From positions 1,398,419 through 1,462,418 of the forward strand of contig OZ244777.1 of NCBI GenBank assembly GCA_965219495.1: a DNA stretch of 64,000 bases, given 5' to 3'. This DNA is from Rhodobacterales bacterium (GTDB lineage Bacteria > Pseudomonadota > Alphaproteobacteria > Rhodobacterales > CAZPXZ01). Within the stretch, counting starts at the first letter, position 1, and the number at the start of each line of letters is the position of its first letter. The position numbers were made by a program, and so were the translations under genes. Shown here piece after piece: positions 52,000-61,149 of this stretch. Under the pieces are notes generated by a model. The model ran no database searches and was not told the origin of the DNA. It saw only the letters and a program-made list of their open reading frames with translations.

Positions 52000-52581
52000 T
52001 CATCCGGTGGCAATGCCAATGAGCTTGCGCTCCGGTAGCTGTTTCCAGCCCGCGTTGCGCCAGCGCTTGTGACGATGCGACCAGATACGTCGCAAGATCC
52101 AGCCGTCAAGCTGGTGGAAGAGTTGGCGAACATGGGCATTGCAGTAGTATTGGCCCCAGCCGCGAATGACCGGATTGATCTCGTCGATCAACTCCCGCGT
52201 ACTGACGGGAGACTTGCGCCGCGTGCGCTTGCGGATCTGGTCCTTGAAGTGCCGGACGGATTTCGCACGCGGAACCGCGTAGCGCGTCCCCCTGCGAGCC
52301 CCGCTCCTGATCTTCGAGGGATGCAGCCTGAACGGCCGCCGGCCCTGCTTGATCTTGAAGCCGAGAAATTCGAACCCGTACTTCACATGGACAATACGGG
52401 TCTTCCCGGCATGCAGGGTCACGCCCAGCTTCGACAGTATCCGCCTGGCTTCCTCCAGTGCCGCCCGGGCTTCCCCGTCTGTGCGGCATGTGATCAGCCA
52501 GTCGTCGGCATATCGAGTAAGTCGATAAGCGCGCCGGCGCATTTCCCGATCAGACGGGGTCAGCAAGATATTACTGAGCAA
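52000..52581 (-). pseudogene. group II intron reverse transcriptase/maturase, C-terminal fragment
   Basis: LLSNILLTPSDREM...RYADDWLITC (the YADD motif), followed by the maturase X region (INPVIRGWGQYY). RT domains 0-4 are missing. Confidence 0.8.
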
Positions 52582-52585
52582 CGGA

Positions 52586-52668
52586 TATGGGAACCTTATG
52601 ATTATGGGAACCTAAGCCGCTGCGGGCGTTGATTTTCAAGGGATTGGACAAGGATCAGGTTCCCATAA
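52586..52668. repeat. TATGGGAACCT x2 (direct) plus inverted AGGTTCCCATA
   Basis: Copies at 52586-52596 and 52603-52613, with the inverted copy at 52658-52668. They lie exactly between the 5' break of the RT fragment and the 3' end of an integrase fragment. Confidence 0.8.
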
Positions 52669-52679
52669 AATTGGCGGGT

Positions 52680-52907
52680 TCAGGTGCCTGCGAGCATCGC
52701 GAGCAACTCGTCCTGCACACCCTTGAACATGCCCTTCCGGAGGCTGGGAGGGCGCCATTTGTCGAGCGTATCCAGCTTGTCGGTCGGATCCGCCTGCAGA
52801 TACATCTCGGTGGTCTGAAGGCTTGAGTGCCCAAGCCAGAGTGAGACCTTCCTGACGTCACCGGTCGCCTCGAGAGTGTGGGTCGCGCAAGCGTGACGCC
52901 TATGTCG
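52680..52907 (-). pseudogene. tyrosine recombinase C-terminal fragment (box II only)
   Basis: RHACATHTLEATGDVRKVSLWLGHSSLQTTEMYLQADPTDKL...LAGT-stop. It begins at the 50-bp palindrome. Confidence 0.75.
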
Positions 52908-52934
52908 TGCACGACATAGGCGTCACGCTTGCGC
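52885..52934. repeat. perfect 50-bp palindrome HP2
   Basis: GCGCAAGCGTGACGCCTATGTCGTG | CACGACATAGGCGTCACGCTTGCGC. The inner part, TATGTCG-TGCA-CGACATA, resembles HP1. Confidence 0.95.
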
Positions 52935-53157
52935 AATGCACATCCTGGAGGCCACAAAAGATATCCGGAAAGTATCCCTCTGGCTGGGCCATGCCAGCAT
53001 GCAGAGCACCGCAGCCTACCTCCGTGTCGATCCCGTGGAAAAGCTCGAGGTGTTGAACGCAATTGTCCCCCCGGCAATCAAAAAGGGATCGTTCGATGGG
53101 GCGCAGGACAAACTGCTTCGGATGCTAGGCGACGCCCCGACTCCACAAATATGTTAA
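52912..53157 (+). pseudogene. second, divergent tyrosine recombinase C-terminal fragment, head-to-head with the first
   Basis: RHACAMHILEATKDIRKVSLWLGHASMQSTAAYLRVDPVEKL...PQIC-stop. Confidence 0.75.
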
Positions 53158-53238
53158 GTGATTCCGGCCCCGAGGCCAGCGCCACAAGGGCGCTCGCCGC
53201 CTCACTCAACATATGTCTTTACTCAACATATTGAATAG

Positions 53239-53275
53239 GCTCTTATCGGTCATGCTGCGCATGACCGATAAGAGC
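53239..53275. repeat. 17-bp-stem hairpin downstream of IS91-type transposase copy 2
   Basis: GCTCTTATCGGTCATGC TGC GCATGACCGATAAGAGC, a perfect stem. Candidate ori-end structure of the rolling-circle element (inference). Confidence 0.6.
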
Positions 53276-53649
53276 GTTGAGCTGAGCCGCGCGCTCCAGA
53301 TGGCGCTGTTCAATGGGGAATGGAAAGGCTGGGCCGGGATTGATTGTGCGGAAGCGATGCGTTTAGTGGCTCGCCACGGGTTCGCCGTGACGTCGAGAGC
53401 CGGCTCCGGGTAGATTTCTTCCTCCAGGCAGGGGCATTCGAGGTCGCTTTTCAGAATCACGAGCGAGATCGACACAGCAGCGACGCGAGCCGGCGGTGCG
53501 TCGCGGCGATATCGGATCGGGATCGGTCGGCACTGGCGCATCGTCATGGTGGTCGGGGCCTTTTCGCTCCTGTCGCGGTCTGGAACCGTGGCCCGGGAAT
53601 GGGGATCTGTCGCAGTGGACCCTGCCCGCACTGCTGGCACACAGTGATG

Positions 53650-54753
53650 TCAATTCCCGTCAGGCGTAGCATCATCTCCTGCGTCGTTTCCGGCTCGGAC
53701 GGTTCCGGATCGGGCTAACCGAGCAGCGCTCGGCATTGGGCAAGCTTGCGAGCCCGGAAGCGATTGGCGAGCAAACCGTAGTGGCGTAGCCGGGTGAATC
53801 CGTGCGGGAGAAAGCGGCGGATGAACTCGTCGGGGTTGAGGCGCATGACCTTGGCTTTGTTGCCATGCGCGTAATCGCGCCACCGGAAGCGGACGTGCTG
53901 GCCGTCGAAGTCGAGCAGACGGTGGTTGGCGATGGCGGTTTTGTGGGTGTAGCGCCCGAGATAGCCCAGAACCTGTTCCGCGCCGGCGAAGGGGGCCTTG
54001 GTGTAGACCACCCAGTCGTGCGACCGCAGCGCAGTTTTCAGCGCTTCGAACACGCGGTCGTCGCCGACGCGATTGGGGCCCGGCATGCCCAGCTCGCGCT
54101 TGCGATGGGCGGTGGTGAGGATGTCGAGATACTTTCCCCGAAAGACCTTGGAGAGGGCCGCCGTGGGAAACAGGAATCCCTTCCGGGCCGGGGTGAGCCA
54201 GCGTTCGTGGCCCGGGCTCAAGCCGCCGTCGGTGACGATGCAGTGGACATGGATGTGCTGCCCCAAGTTCTGCCCCCAAGGTGTGCAGCACCATGGTGAT
54301 GCCGAGCTCACCGCCGAGCCAGCGGGGATTGCGCCCGAACTCGAGCAAGGTCTGGGAAGCGGCCTTGAAGAGCAGCTTGTAGAGGAGTTCGGGACGCGCC
54401 TGGGCGAGGGGGTTGAGCTCGTGTGGCAGCGTGAACACGACATGCCAGTAGCCGATGTCGAGCAGATCGGCACACTGACGCTCGACCCATCGGGTCTGCG
54501 AGAGAGTCTGACACTTGGGGCAGTGCCGGTTCCGGCGCGACGCATATTGAAAGGTCACCGCGCCGCAGTGGTCGCAATGAGCCTTGAATCCGCCGAGAGC
54601 GGCGGTACGACACCGCACCAAGTCGTCCACGACCCGCTGTTGCCGGGTCGAGAGCCGATGCGACTCCGCGTAGGCATCGGCACGTTCGCGGAGAATGTCC
54701 GCCACTTCCAGTGCCGGCCGAGCGGCCGGCGCTGCGTGGCTGGCATGAGCCAC
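53650..54753 (-). pseudogene. IS91-family (HUH) transposase, copy 2, frameshifted
   Basis: GTG start. It has the zinc motif CDHCGAVTFQYASRRNRHCPKCQ. The frame is lost at about 54279 by one extra base (ACCTTGGGGGC where ACCTGGGGGC would give HTWGQNLGQHIHVHCIV). The second frame continues to YLGRYTHKTAI...RHYGLLANR. Confidence 0.8.
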
Positions 54754-54756
54754 CGG

Positions 54757-55618
54757 TCAGGACGACGCGGCTCGTGGGAACTCCAACAGATCCAGTGGCG
54801 ACGGCGTGGCGCTTGTCTTGTTCTGTGCAAGATGCAGGTAGCGCATCGTCGAACGGATCGAGCCGTGCCCGAGCCGGCGCTGAATGACGGGGAGTTCGAC
54901 CCCGGCCTCGAGGAGCCCGGTGGCGTAGCAGTGCCTCAACGTGTGGATCCCGCCGGCTTTGCGGATCCCGGCCTTCCGCTTGGCACACTTGTAGATGTGT
55001 GCGGCCCCCGCGCGGGTCATCGGCCGGCCAAGAAGCTGGCTGGGGAACAGCCAGGGTCGGGGGCGCTCGCGGTGCCAGTACTTGCGCAGCTGCTTGAGCA
55101 GCCGGGGCGAGAGCGGAACGTAACGGTCCTTGTTGCCCCTGCCCTAGTCGACGCGCAGACACATCCGCGCGGAGTCGATGTCCGTGAGCTGCAATCGGCC
55201 GAGCTCGCTTGCCCGAAGTCCCGCGGCGTAGGCCGTCATCAGCAAGGCGCGATGCTTGGAGTTGGTGGTGACCGCGAACAGCCGCACCAGTTCGTCGTGG
55301 TTGAGGATCTCGGGCAGCGTGGAAGGCGTCTTGGCGCCGGGTACCGGGTACATAGAAGTGCGGGTCGGGCAGACCGAGCGTGACGCGGTACAGGAAGCGA
55401 ATGCCGTGGCGTACGCAGTTGCAGCTCTTCCAGCTCAATCCGCGTTCTTCGTGCAGGTAGATGAGGTAATCCTGGACCTCCTGCGCCGAGATCCTGCCGG
55501 GACTGCGGCGGTAGTGTCGCGCGAGCCCGGTGACGGAGTGGAGATAGGAACGCATGGCGTTCTCGGCAAAGGCGCGGACCGTCATGTCGTTTACCATCCG
55601 TTTACGCAAAGGTGTCAT
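54757..55618 (-). pseudogene. tyrosine recombinase partner of IS91 copy 2, inactivated
   Basis: N-terminal SAM-like domain (MTPLRKRMVNDMTVRAFAENAMRSYLHSV...). A 7-bp tandem duplication CGGGTAC at 55338-55351 shifts the frame. In-frame TAG at 55144-55146 (LRVD*GRGNKDRY). The C-terminus is intact (HTLRHCYATGLLEAGVELPVIQRRLGHGSIRSTMRYLH). Confidence 0.8.
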
Positions 55619-55838
55619 GAGTCGTCTCCCTTGAAGTGTGATCGATCACGAAGACGCACCAACCATTGCGCCCGCCGGTGCGTCGGTGAACGACTATCGC
55701 GAAACGACGGAGAGACGGGAACGGTCTACGATATCCGCGACCGTCAAACAGTCGCGCTGAAACGACTCACCGGAACAAGGAAAATCACTCTGAGCGCGCG
55801 GCGGGCACCCTCCCGCCGCGGAACGCGGCTCAGTTCAG

Positions 55839-55870
55839 TGGGAGATATGTTGTTCTCAACATATCTCCCA
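55839..55870. repeat. perfect 14-4-14 palindrome HP4
   Basis: TGGGAGATATGTTG TTCT CAACATATCTCCCA, at the boundary between IS91-type copy 2 and the group II intron remnant. Confidence 0.95.
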
Positions 55871-57019
55871 GGTCCCTGTGCAGCGCGTACGTGCATCCCT
55901 TGGGGGCTTCGACACCGCAGGGTCCCACCCTGCCTCACCCGTTCCGGCAGAGAAGATGTCGCCTTCGACCCTTCACAAAGTCTTGGGACCCCGGACATAC
56001 CCTTTGTCGGTGCTCAATTCCCACGGCTACACGCTCCCCTGTCAACGCTTGACCGCCATCCTCACGAATGACAGCCCACGACTCGGGGCGAAAGGGGTCG
56101 GTTACACCTTGTCGGGTAGGGCACTGGCGCGCGCACCCTTAGGTGGAGGCTTATCCGGTCCTGCCCTTTCGGTCGCAGGTGGGTGCGCAGCTCCACCATA
56201 GGCCACGTTTCCAGCCGCCCTCCCCAAAAACCGGACTTCGGGTTTTCCCCGGTACGGCTTCAAGCAACAGGCACCTGGCAGTTTGGAGCGGAGCCTTCCG
56301 CGTGACCGCCGAGGTTAAGGCCGACCCAGCCATTCCCCCGAGCAGAACCCGCGTTCACTCCGTCCTCAGGCTGCATCGACCACCGTGAGGCTCCGCCACT
56401 GTGTGCGGGCCCCTTGGATGCCGTACAGCCGCCTGTGCCCAGAGGTCCTCGCTCCGGGTGGGTTGTGTTGTCCCACACTTCATCCCTTGGCGACCTCATC
56501 CGCCAGTGTGGAGATCTCCGTCTCATGTCCCGGAACAACCGGTTATAGAGACGGTCTTTGACATTCATAGCGTCATCCTGTCCAACCTCCACACCTTCCG
56601 GACTTTCGCTGCTGTACTTGCCAGGATTGCCGCCTTCAATACGCCGGGTGACCCGTGCTCTTCTCAGTTCCTTCCGCATCGGCTCTGGCCATCGGATCAT
56701 ACGGACACCCTTGGCATCACCAACACCCCGCAAGTCAGCTCCATGCGGGAACCCGTTTTGGCGCTTCATCCGTTCGCTTTCGCTACGGCCCTCCTGTTTG
56801 CTCGCCCCCTGCGCTGACCGGACCGGCAGGGCTTTACGTCCCTGCAAGCCTCCCAGGGCTTTTACTTCCGGGCTTCCAGGTCACCAGGTCACCCCGCATG
56901 CCTGCCGGATATTACTACGACGCCAAACTGAGAATTGCGCCGGTGGGACTTTCACCCACTAGTACAGCAGCTAGTCTCGCTGCACCCTTTCTACTGGACG
57001 TTCACCAGCTACATTGCAC
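55871..57019 (-). ncRNA. group II intron 5' ribozyme fragment (domains I to about IV), truncated
   Basis: The minus strand starts GTGCAATGTAGC at 57019. It contains recurrent GNRA-loop and receptor-like motifs (GGTGAAAGTCCCACC, GCGAAAGCGAAC, GCGAAAGTCCGGAAGG, GGGGAAAACCCGAAGTCCGG) and no credible ORF over more than 1.1 kb. An RT fragment of the same orientation lies 3.3 kb downstream. Confidence 0.45.
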
Positions 57020-57098
57020 AAGTTAGCCTGGCGCTCGCGAAGTTGGGCTAGGAATAATTGCTGACGGCATTAGCCGAGACCTAAGCCACGCGTTCCAG

Positions 57099-57905
57099 GT
57101 GATGGACGAATTCGATCTTGAATTCGTCGAACTGCAATTCATCTGGGACAAGGAAGTCGGCGACCTCGACAAGCGGGAACTGGAGTGCACGAAGCAGCTT
57201 CTCTGCGAGCACGGGAAGAAAGTCTCTTGCCTTTCAAGGCACATATTCGCGGGAACGACAGTCAGGAATCGCGTCGGCGACAAGCTCCACACCCTACACA
57301 CGGACTCGCTGAAGCGGGTCATGAAGATGGCGCATTCAGTCGGGTCGCCGCTTGTGCGCATCATGACCCCCAAGAAGGAAACCATTCTCTGGGGAGGGCA
57401 CGGCGCCAAGTTGTGGAACGTGACGCAGGGCGCGTGGGGCGCCCTTCTCCTCCTCATCGAAACCGCAGTCGACCTCGCGCAAAATGAGGTCACTCTCCTG
57501 GTCGCGGAAGCGGGAAACGGCACAATGGTGAATTCCTGTTACACGGCCCGAAACCTGATCGACGACCCGGATGCCCGCGATACACTCAAGGTCCTCTGGG
57601 ACCCTGCCAACAGTTGCTGGTGTCATGAAACCGCATTTCCGGACGGCTATGAGGAAATTCGCGGAGGCTACCTGGGGCACATCCACCTCAAGGACAAAAT
57701 TGTCGACACGCCGCGCGCAACTCTTGAGGTCTGCCTGATGGGCGAGGGGCAGTTGGGCGCGCAATTCCGGCCCATGGCCAACGCGCTGCGGACAGACGGA
57801 TATGACGGGGTGATCTCCCTCGATTGCGTCTACCGTCCGGGCAATGGCGACTTCGAGGCAGGCTTCCGGGAGTGCGTCGGTCCGTTCAAGTCGCTCTTCG
57901 CCTGA
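57099..57905 (+). CDS. sugar phosphate isomerase/epimerase (xylose isomerase-like TIM barrel)
   Basis: Homology already runs upstream of the listed start (...IIADGISRDLSHAFQVMDEFDLEFVELQ), but an in-frame TAG at 57048 lies only a few codons before it. The true start is uncertain or lost next to the intron end. Confidence 0.65.
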   Translation: MMDEFDLEFVELQFIWDKEVGDLDKRELECTKQLLCEHGKKVSCLSRHIFAGTTVRNRVGDKLHTLHTDSLKRVMKMAHSVGSPLVRIMTPKKETILWGGHGAKLWNVTQGAWGALLLLIETAVDLAQNEVTLLVAEAGNGTMVNSCYTARNLIDDPDARDTLKVLWDPANSCWCHETAFPDGYEEIRGGYLGHIHLKDKIVDTPRATLEVCLMGEGQLGAQFRPMANALRTDGYDGVISLDCVYRPGNGDFEAGFRECVGPFKSLFA

Positions 57906-57948
57906 TGCGGCCGCGGACAGCAATGCTGGTAATGAGTTCGAAGATCTG

Positions 57949-58779
57949 ATGAAGACGCTCTACACGTGGGCGGCAGGCAAGCCGTCCAAGTGCAACTTGA
58001 CGGTGGCTGATCTTCGCGCCGGCAAGGGAAAGAGGAAATTCACCCAGGTCACCGCAAATTCCGCGGAAGAGGCGTCCGCAGCGGCCGAGACGGGAATCGA
58101 CATGATGATCGGTACCTCGTAGAACATTGAAGCCGTGCGCTCCGGCAACGAGATCTGCTTTCTGACGGGCGCCATCGCGCTCGCGCGTTATCTGACGGCG
58201 GATGACGTCCTGAGAGAAGTCTTTCGGGCCATGATCCTCGGCGCAGACGCGGTCATGACCCAGCGAAGCCTGGATATTGTCTCCATGCTTGCCCGCGAGG
58301 ACATTCCGGTAATGGACCACCTGGGACTGGTGCCCCGAAAATCGACCTGGGTTGACGGACATCGGGCAGTCGGCAAAACCGGGCAGGAGGCGTTCGAACT
58401 CTATCGACGGTTCCAGCGTCTGGAAGAGGCCGGCGCATTCGCAGTCGAGGCGGAAGTGATACCTGCCCGGGTGATGTCGGAGATCTCCGCGCGAACGGGG
58501 CTCATCACCTTTTCCCTGGGTTCCGGGTCCGGCGGCGACGTGAACTATCTGATCATGGTAGACATTTGCGGCGACACCGAATCTCCGCCACGGCACGCCC
58601 GCGCTTTCGGCAACCTCAGGCGATTGCGCCGCGAAATCGCCAGGGAACGGGTTCGGGTACTCAAAGCGTTCCGCCAGGCGGCGGAAGACGGGTCCTTTCC
58701 TTTAGCAAAGGAAGAAGCCGTCATCCCGGACGAAGCGTTCGAAGGGTTCCTGTCAGAACTGGCTCGCGAAGACGTTTGA
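57949..58779 (+). pseudogene. ketopantoate hydroxymethyltransferase (PanB) family paralogue with in-frame TAG
   Basis: MKTLYTWAAG...KRKFTQVTANSAEEASAAAETGIDMMIGTS, then TAG (58120-58122), then NIEAVRSG...HLGLVPRKSTW...EEAGAFAVEAEVIP...SLGSGSGGDVNYLIMVDICG, all in one frame. Colinear with PanB. Confidence 0.7.
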
Positions 58780-58812
58780 GACCGTCCGAAAACCGGCGCC
58801 GGAGAACGGGTG

Positions 58813-60177
58813 TCAATTCGGATTGGCGCAGCCGACAGGGTTCATGAACCGACCCGCGGCGATCCTCGCCGTTCCGTAAGACGCATCTTCAGACACCGCC
58901 CCGGACAATTGCAAGCCGAGCGCCCGCGCCCGGATTCGATTCCAAGACTTCGACTTCGCACCTCCCCCGGTAGTATAGATGCTCTTCACACAAGGCGCGC
59001 CCAATGCGCTGAGAACGGAGTATCCCCTGGCCTCAATCGCGGCGATTCCTTCCAGCAGGCCCTGAAGGAATCTCGCCTCGCTCTTTGGCCGTGGCGCCAA
59101 CCGGGGGGGCAGATCCGGGTCATTCACCGGAAACCGCTCGCCTGGCGCGAGAAGTGGATAGTAGTCGAGCCCGGTTGGCCGGTCCGGGTCGAGTTTGGCC
59201 TCAAGGCGGTCCATATCGGCGTCGGAAAAATAGGACCGCAGCACGGAACCGCCGGAATTGGACGCGCCGCCCGCGAGCCACATACTGCCGATTCGATGGC
59301 TGTAGGCTCCGGAATTCGAGTCCCGTAGTTCCCGGTCACACAAGAGCTTGATCGTGAGCGTCGAACCGAGCGACGAAACGCCGTCGCCAACCCGGGACGC
59401 TCCCGAAGCGAGAAACGCCGCGTTGCCATCCGTTGTGCCTGCCACAACAAGCGTCCCCCGGGAAAACCCGAACTCCGAGGCGATCACGCTGCTGACGGAC
59501 CCGAGCGGGTCGCCCACAGGATGCACTTCCGGAAGGAGTTCGGTTCGAAGCCCGGTCGCCTGCATCCATTCGGGCCATGCGGAAAGGCCCAGGTCATATC
59601 CGAGCTTCAGGACGTTGTTTTCATCCGAAACGCCGCCCCAACCCAGGAGCCGCCCGACAATCCAGTCGGCTTGGTGCAGGCAATGCCTGGCCCGGGAATC
59701 CTCATCCAAGTCCTGCAAGAACAGAAGCCGCGCCAGCGCGGATCCCGAACCCTGCATGATGGCAGAGTTCGGCGCCACGCGGGCAATTCGATCCGCCTGC
59801 TCCAGAAATCCGGCCGAGTTGTACATCATGCCCGGGGTAACCGGATTCAGGGCACGGTCGACGAGAACCATGCTTCCCGAGGTCCCGTCCACGGCGATGG
59901 CGTGGATTTCGAGCATCTCAAGTTTTCGCTTGGATAGAGCCTCGGCCTGCGCGTGAATGCACTCCTTGACGCCCGCCCACCAGGTTTCAGAATTCTGACA
60001 CGGACGCCCACCGATCCTTCCCGGTACCGGCATGTCTACCCGCGCCGCGGAAACCTGGATACCTGATTCGTCGATGACCGAACTGCGTACGCCGCTCGTT
60101 CCAATATCAATTCCAAGAAAGAGCGGCACGGAATCAGCGACGGTTCCGCGCCAATTCGATGCGGTATTTCTCCGCAT
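58813..60177 (-). CDS. FGGY-family carbohydrate kinase
   Basis: FLGIDIGTSGVRSSVID... and GGGAKS near the C-terminus. The ATG at 60177 overlaps the upstream gene by 44 nt. A GTG at 60129 (giving MPLFLGIDIG), 4 nt after the upstream stop, is an equally plausible start. Confidence 0.8.
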   Translation of the reverse strand: MRRNTASNWRGTVADSVPLFLGIDIGTSGVRSSVIDESGIQVSAARVDMPVPGRIGGRPCQNSETWWAGVKECIHAQAEALSKRKLEMLEIHAIAVDGTSGSMVLVDRALNPVTPGMMYNSAGFLEQADRIARVAPNSAIMQGSGSALARLLFLQDLDEDSRARHCLHQADWIVGRLLGWGGVSDENNVLKLGYDLGLSAWPEWMQATGLRTELLPEVHPVGDPLGSVSSVIASEFGFSRGTLVVAGTTDGNAAFLASGASRVGDGVSSLGSTLTIKLLCDRELRDSNSGAYSHRIGSMWLAGGASNSGGSVLRSYFSDADMDRLEAKLDPDRPTGLDYYPLLAPGERFPVNDPDLPPRLAPRPKSEARFLQGLLEGIAAIEARGYSVLSALGAPCVKSIYTTGGGAKSKSWNRIRARALGLQLSGAVSEDASYGTARIAAGRFMNPVGCANPN

Positions 60178-61129
60178 CCCACTCGAGAAGTTCCGCCTCC
60201 GCGCGTTCTCCAATTGCCCGCAAGTTCCAGTCATCCGGAACGCGGCGCAATATTTCCCAAAGGCATTCCAGCAACTGGCGCTGTACGCGCGTCGAATTCC
60301 GGCGCATGAACACACCGGCGCCGGGCACAAGAACTGCCGGGAGATTGGCGCCGATACCCTCGGCGCCGTCCCAATCTTCCGCATCGGCAACCGGGAGGCC
60401 CGGACCGAGAAACGTAACGTGGTCCGGGTAATAGGATCCTTCTGTGGCGCGGGCGAATTCGCGGGGGTCCAGGGCGAGTAACGCAAATCTCGGAATCCGT
60501 TCCCATCCTTCCGGAATTCTCACCGTTTCAGCGACATTCACCTTCCGCGTCTTGGGCGCCAAATCGAGCCTTTGCTCCACAGAATCGAGCACAGAGCGAA
60601 CCGAGGCAACATTCTCGCCTGCGACAATCAGGCCGTGATTCTCCAGGATCACGACCTCGGCTTCGCCGTCAGGCAGGGCCGAACGAATCGCCCGGGAAAG
60701 CGGAATGCCGGGCTTGCGATAGCCGACCCCAATCCATTTGTGCCCGGATAGTTTGTCGGGAAGCGCGGCCAATCCTTCGGTCGAAATCGCGTGACAAATG
60801 GTGGCCACGGAGTGAACGTGAAAGACGATCCGCTGCGGGAGCAGCGCATGAAATGTCGTTTCTATGGAAGGACGCAACCGGGCGTTGGAGTCGATCACCG
60901 CCGCCCGGCATGAGCCATCCCCCTCGCCATCGATTTCCCGTATCGCCCTCTCGCGGTCCACCGCCACGAATATCTCCTGCCGTTCCGCATCGGCGAGTTC
61001 CGTGCCGGATGCCTTCACCCACATCGTACCGCCGGACTTGAACGAGGTGTTGCCTCCCGGACCTTGGGTAAGGAGCGGGTCCGCGCCCACCCGTGCGGAC
61101 AAAGCCAGGAATTCCTCGGGAAGTTTCAC
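60134..61129 (-). CDS. class II aldolase/adducin-domain protein
   Basis: 331 aa, GTG start. GPGGNTSFKSGGTMWVKASGTELA, IETTFHALLP...VFHVHS, ILENHGLIVAG. Confidence 0.75.
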   Translation of the reverse strand: MKLPEEFLALSARVGADPLLTQGPGGNTSFKSGGTMWVKASGTELADAERQEIFVAVDRERAIREIDGEGDGSCRAAVIDSNARLRPSIETTFHALLPQRIVFHVHSVATICHAISTEGLAALPDKLSGHKWIGVGYRKPGIPLSRAIRSALPDGEAEVVILENHGLIVAGENVASVRSVLDSVEQRLDLAPKTRKVNVAETVRIPEGWERIPRFALLALDPREFARATEGSYYPDHVTFLGPGLPVADAEDWDGAEGIGANLPAVLVPGAGVFMRRNSTRVQRQLLECLWEILRRVPDDWNLRAIGERAEAELLEWDAEKYRIELARNRR

Positions 61130-61149
61130 GAATCCCGGTCCACCTGAAG

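Noticed and set aside
53213-53413. 66-aa ORF with a HicA-like ending (AEAMRLVARHGFAVTSRAGSG).
   Set aside because: Its first third is encoded by the 17-bp-stem hairpin. It has no SD and no partner antitoxin, and the similarity is only a short C-terminal pattern. It is probably spurious or a tiny fragment.
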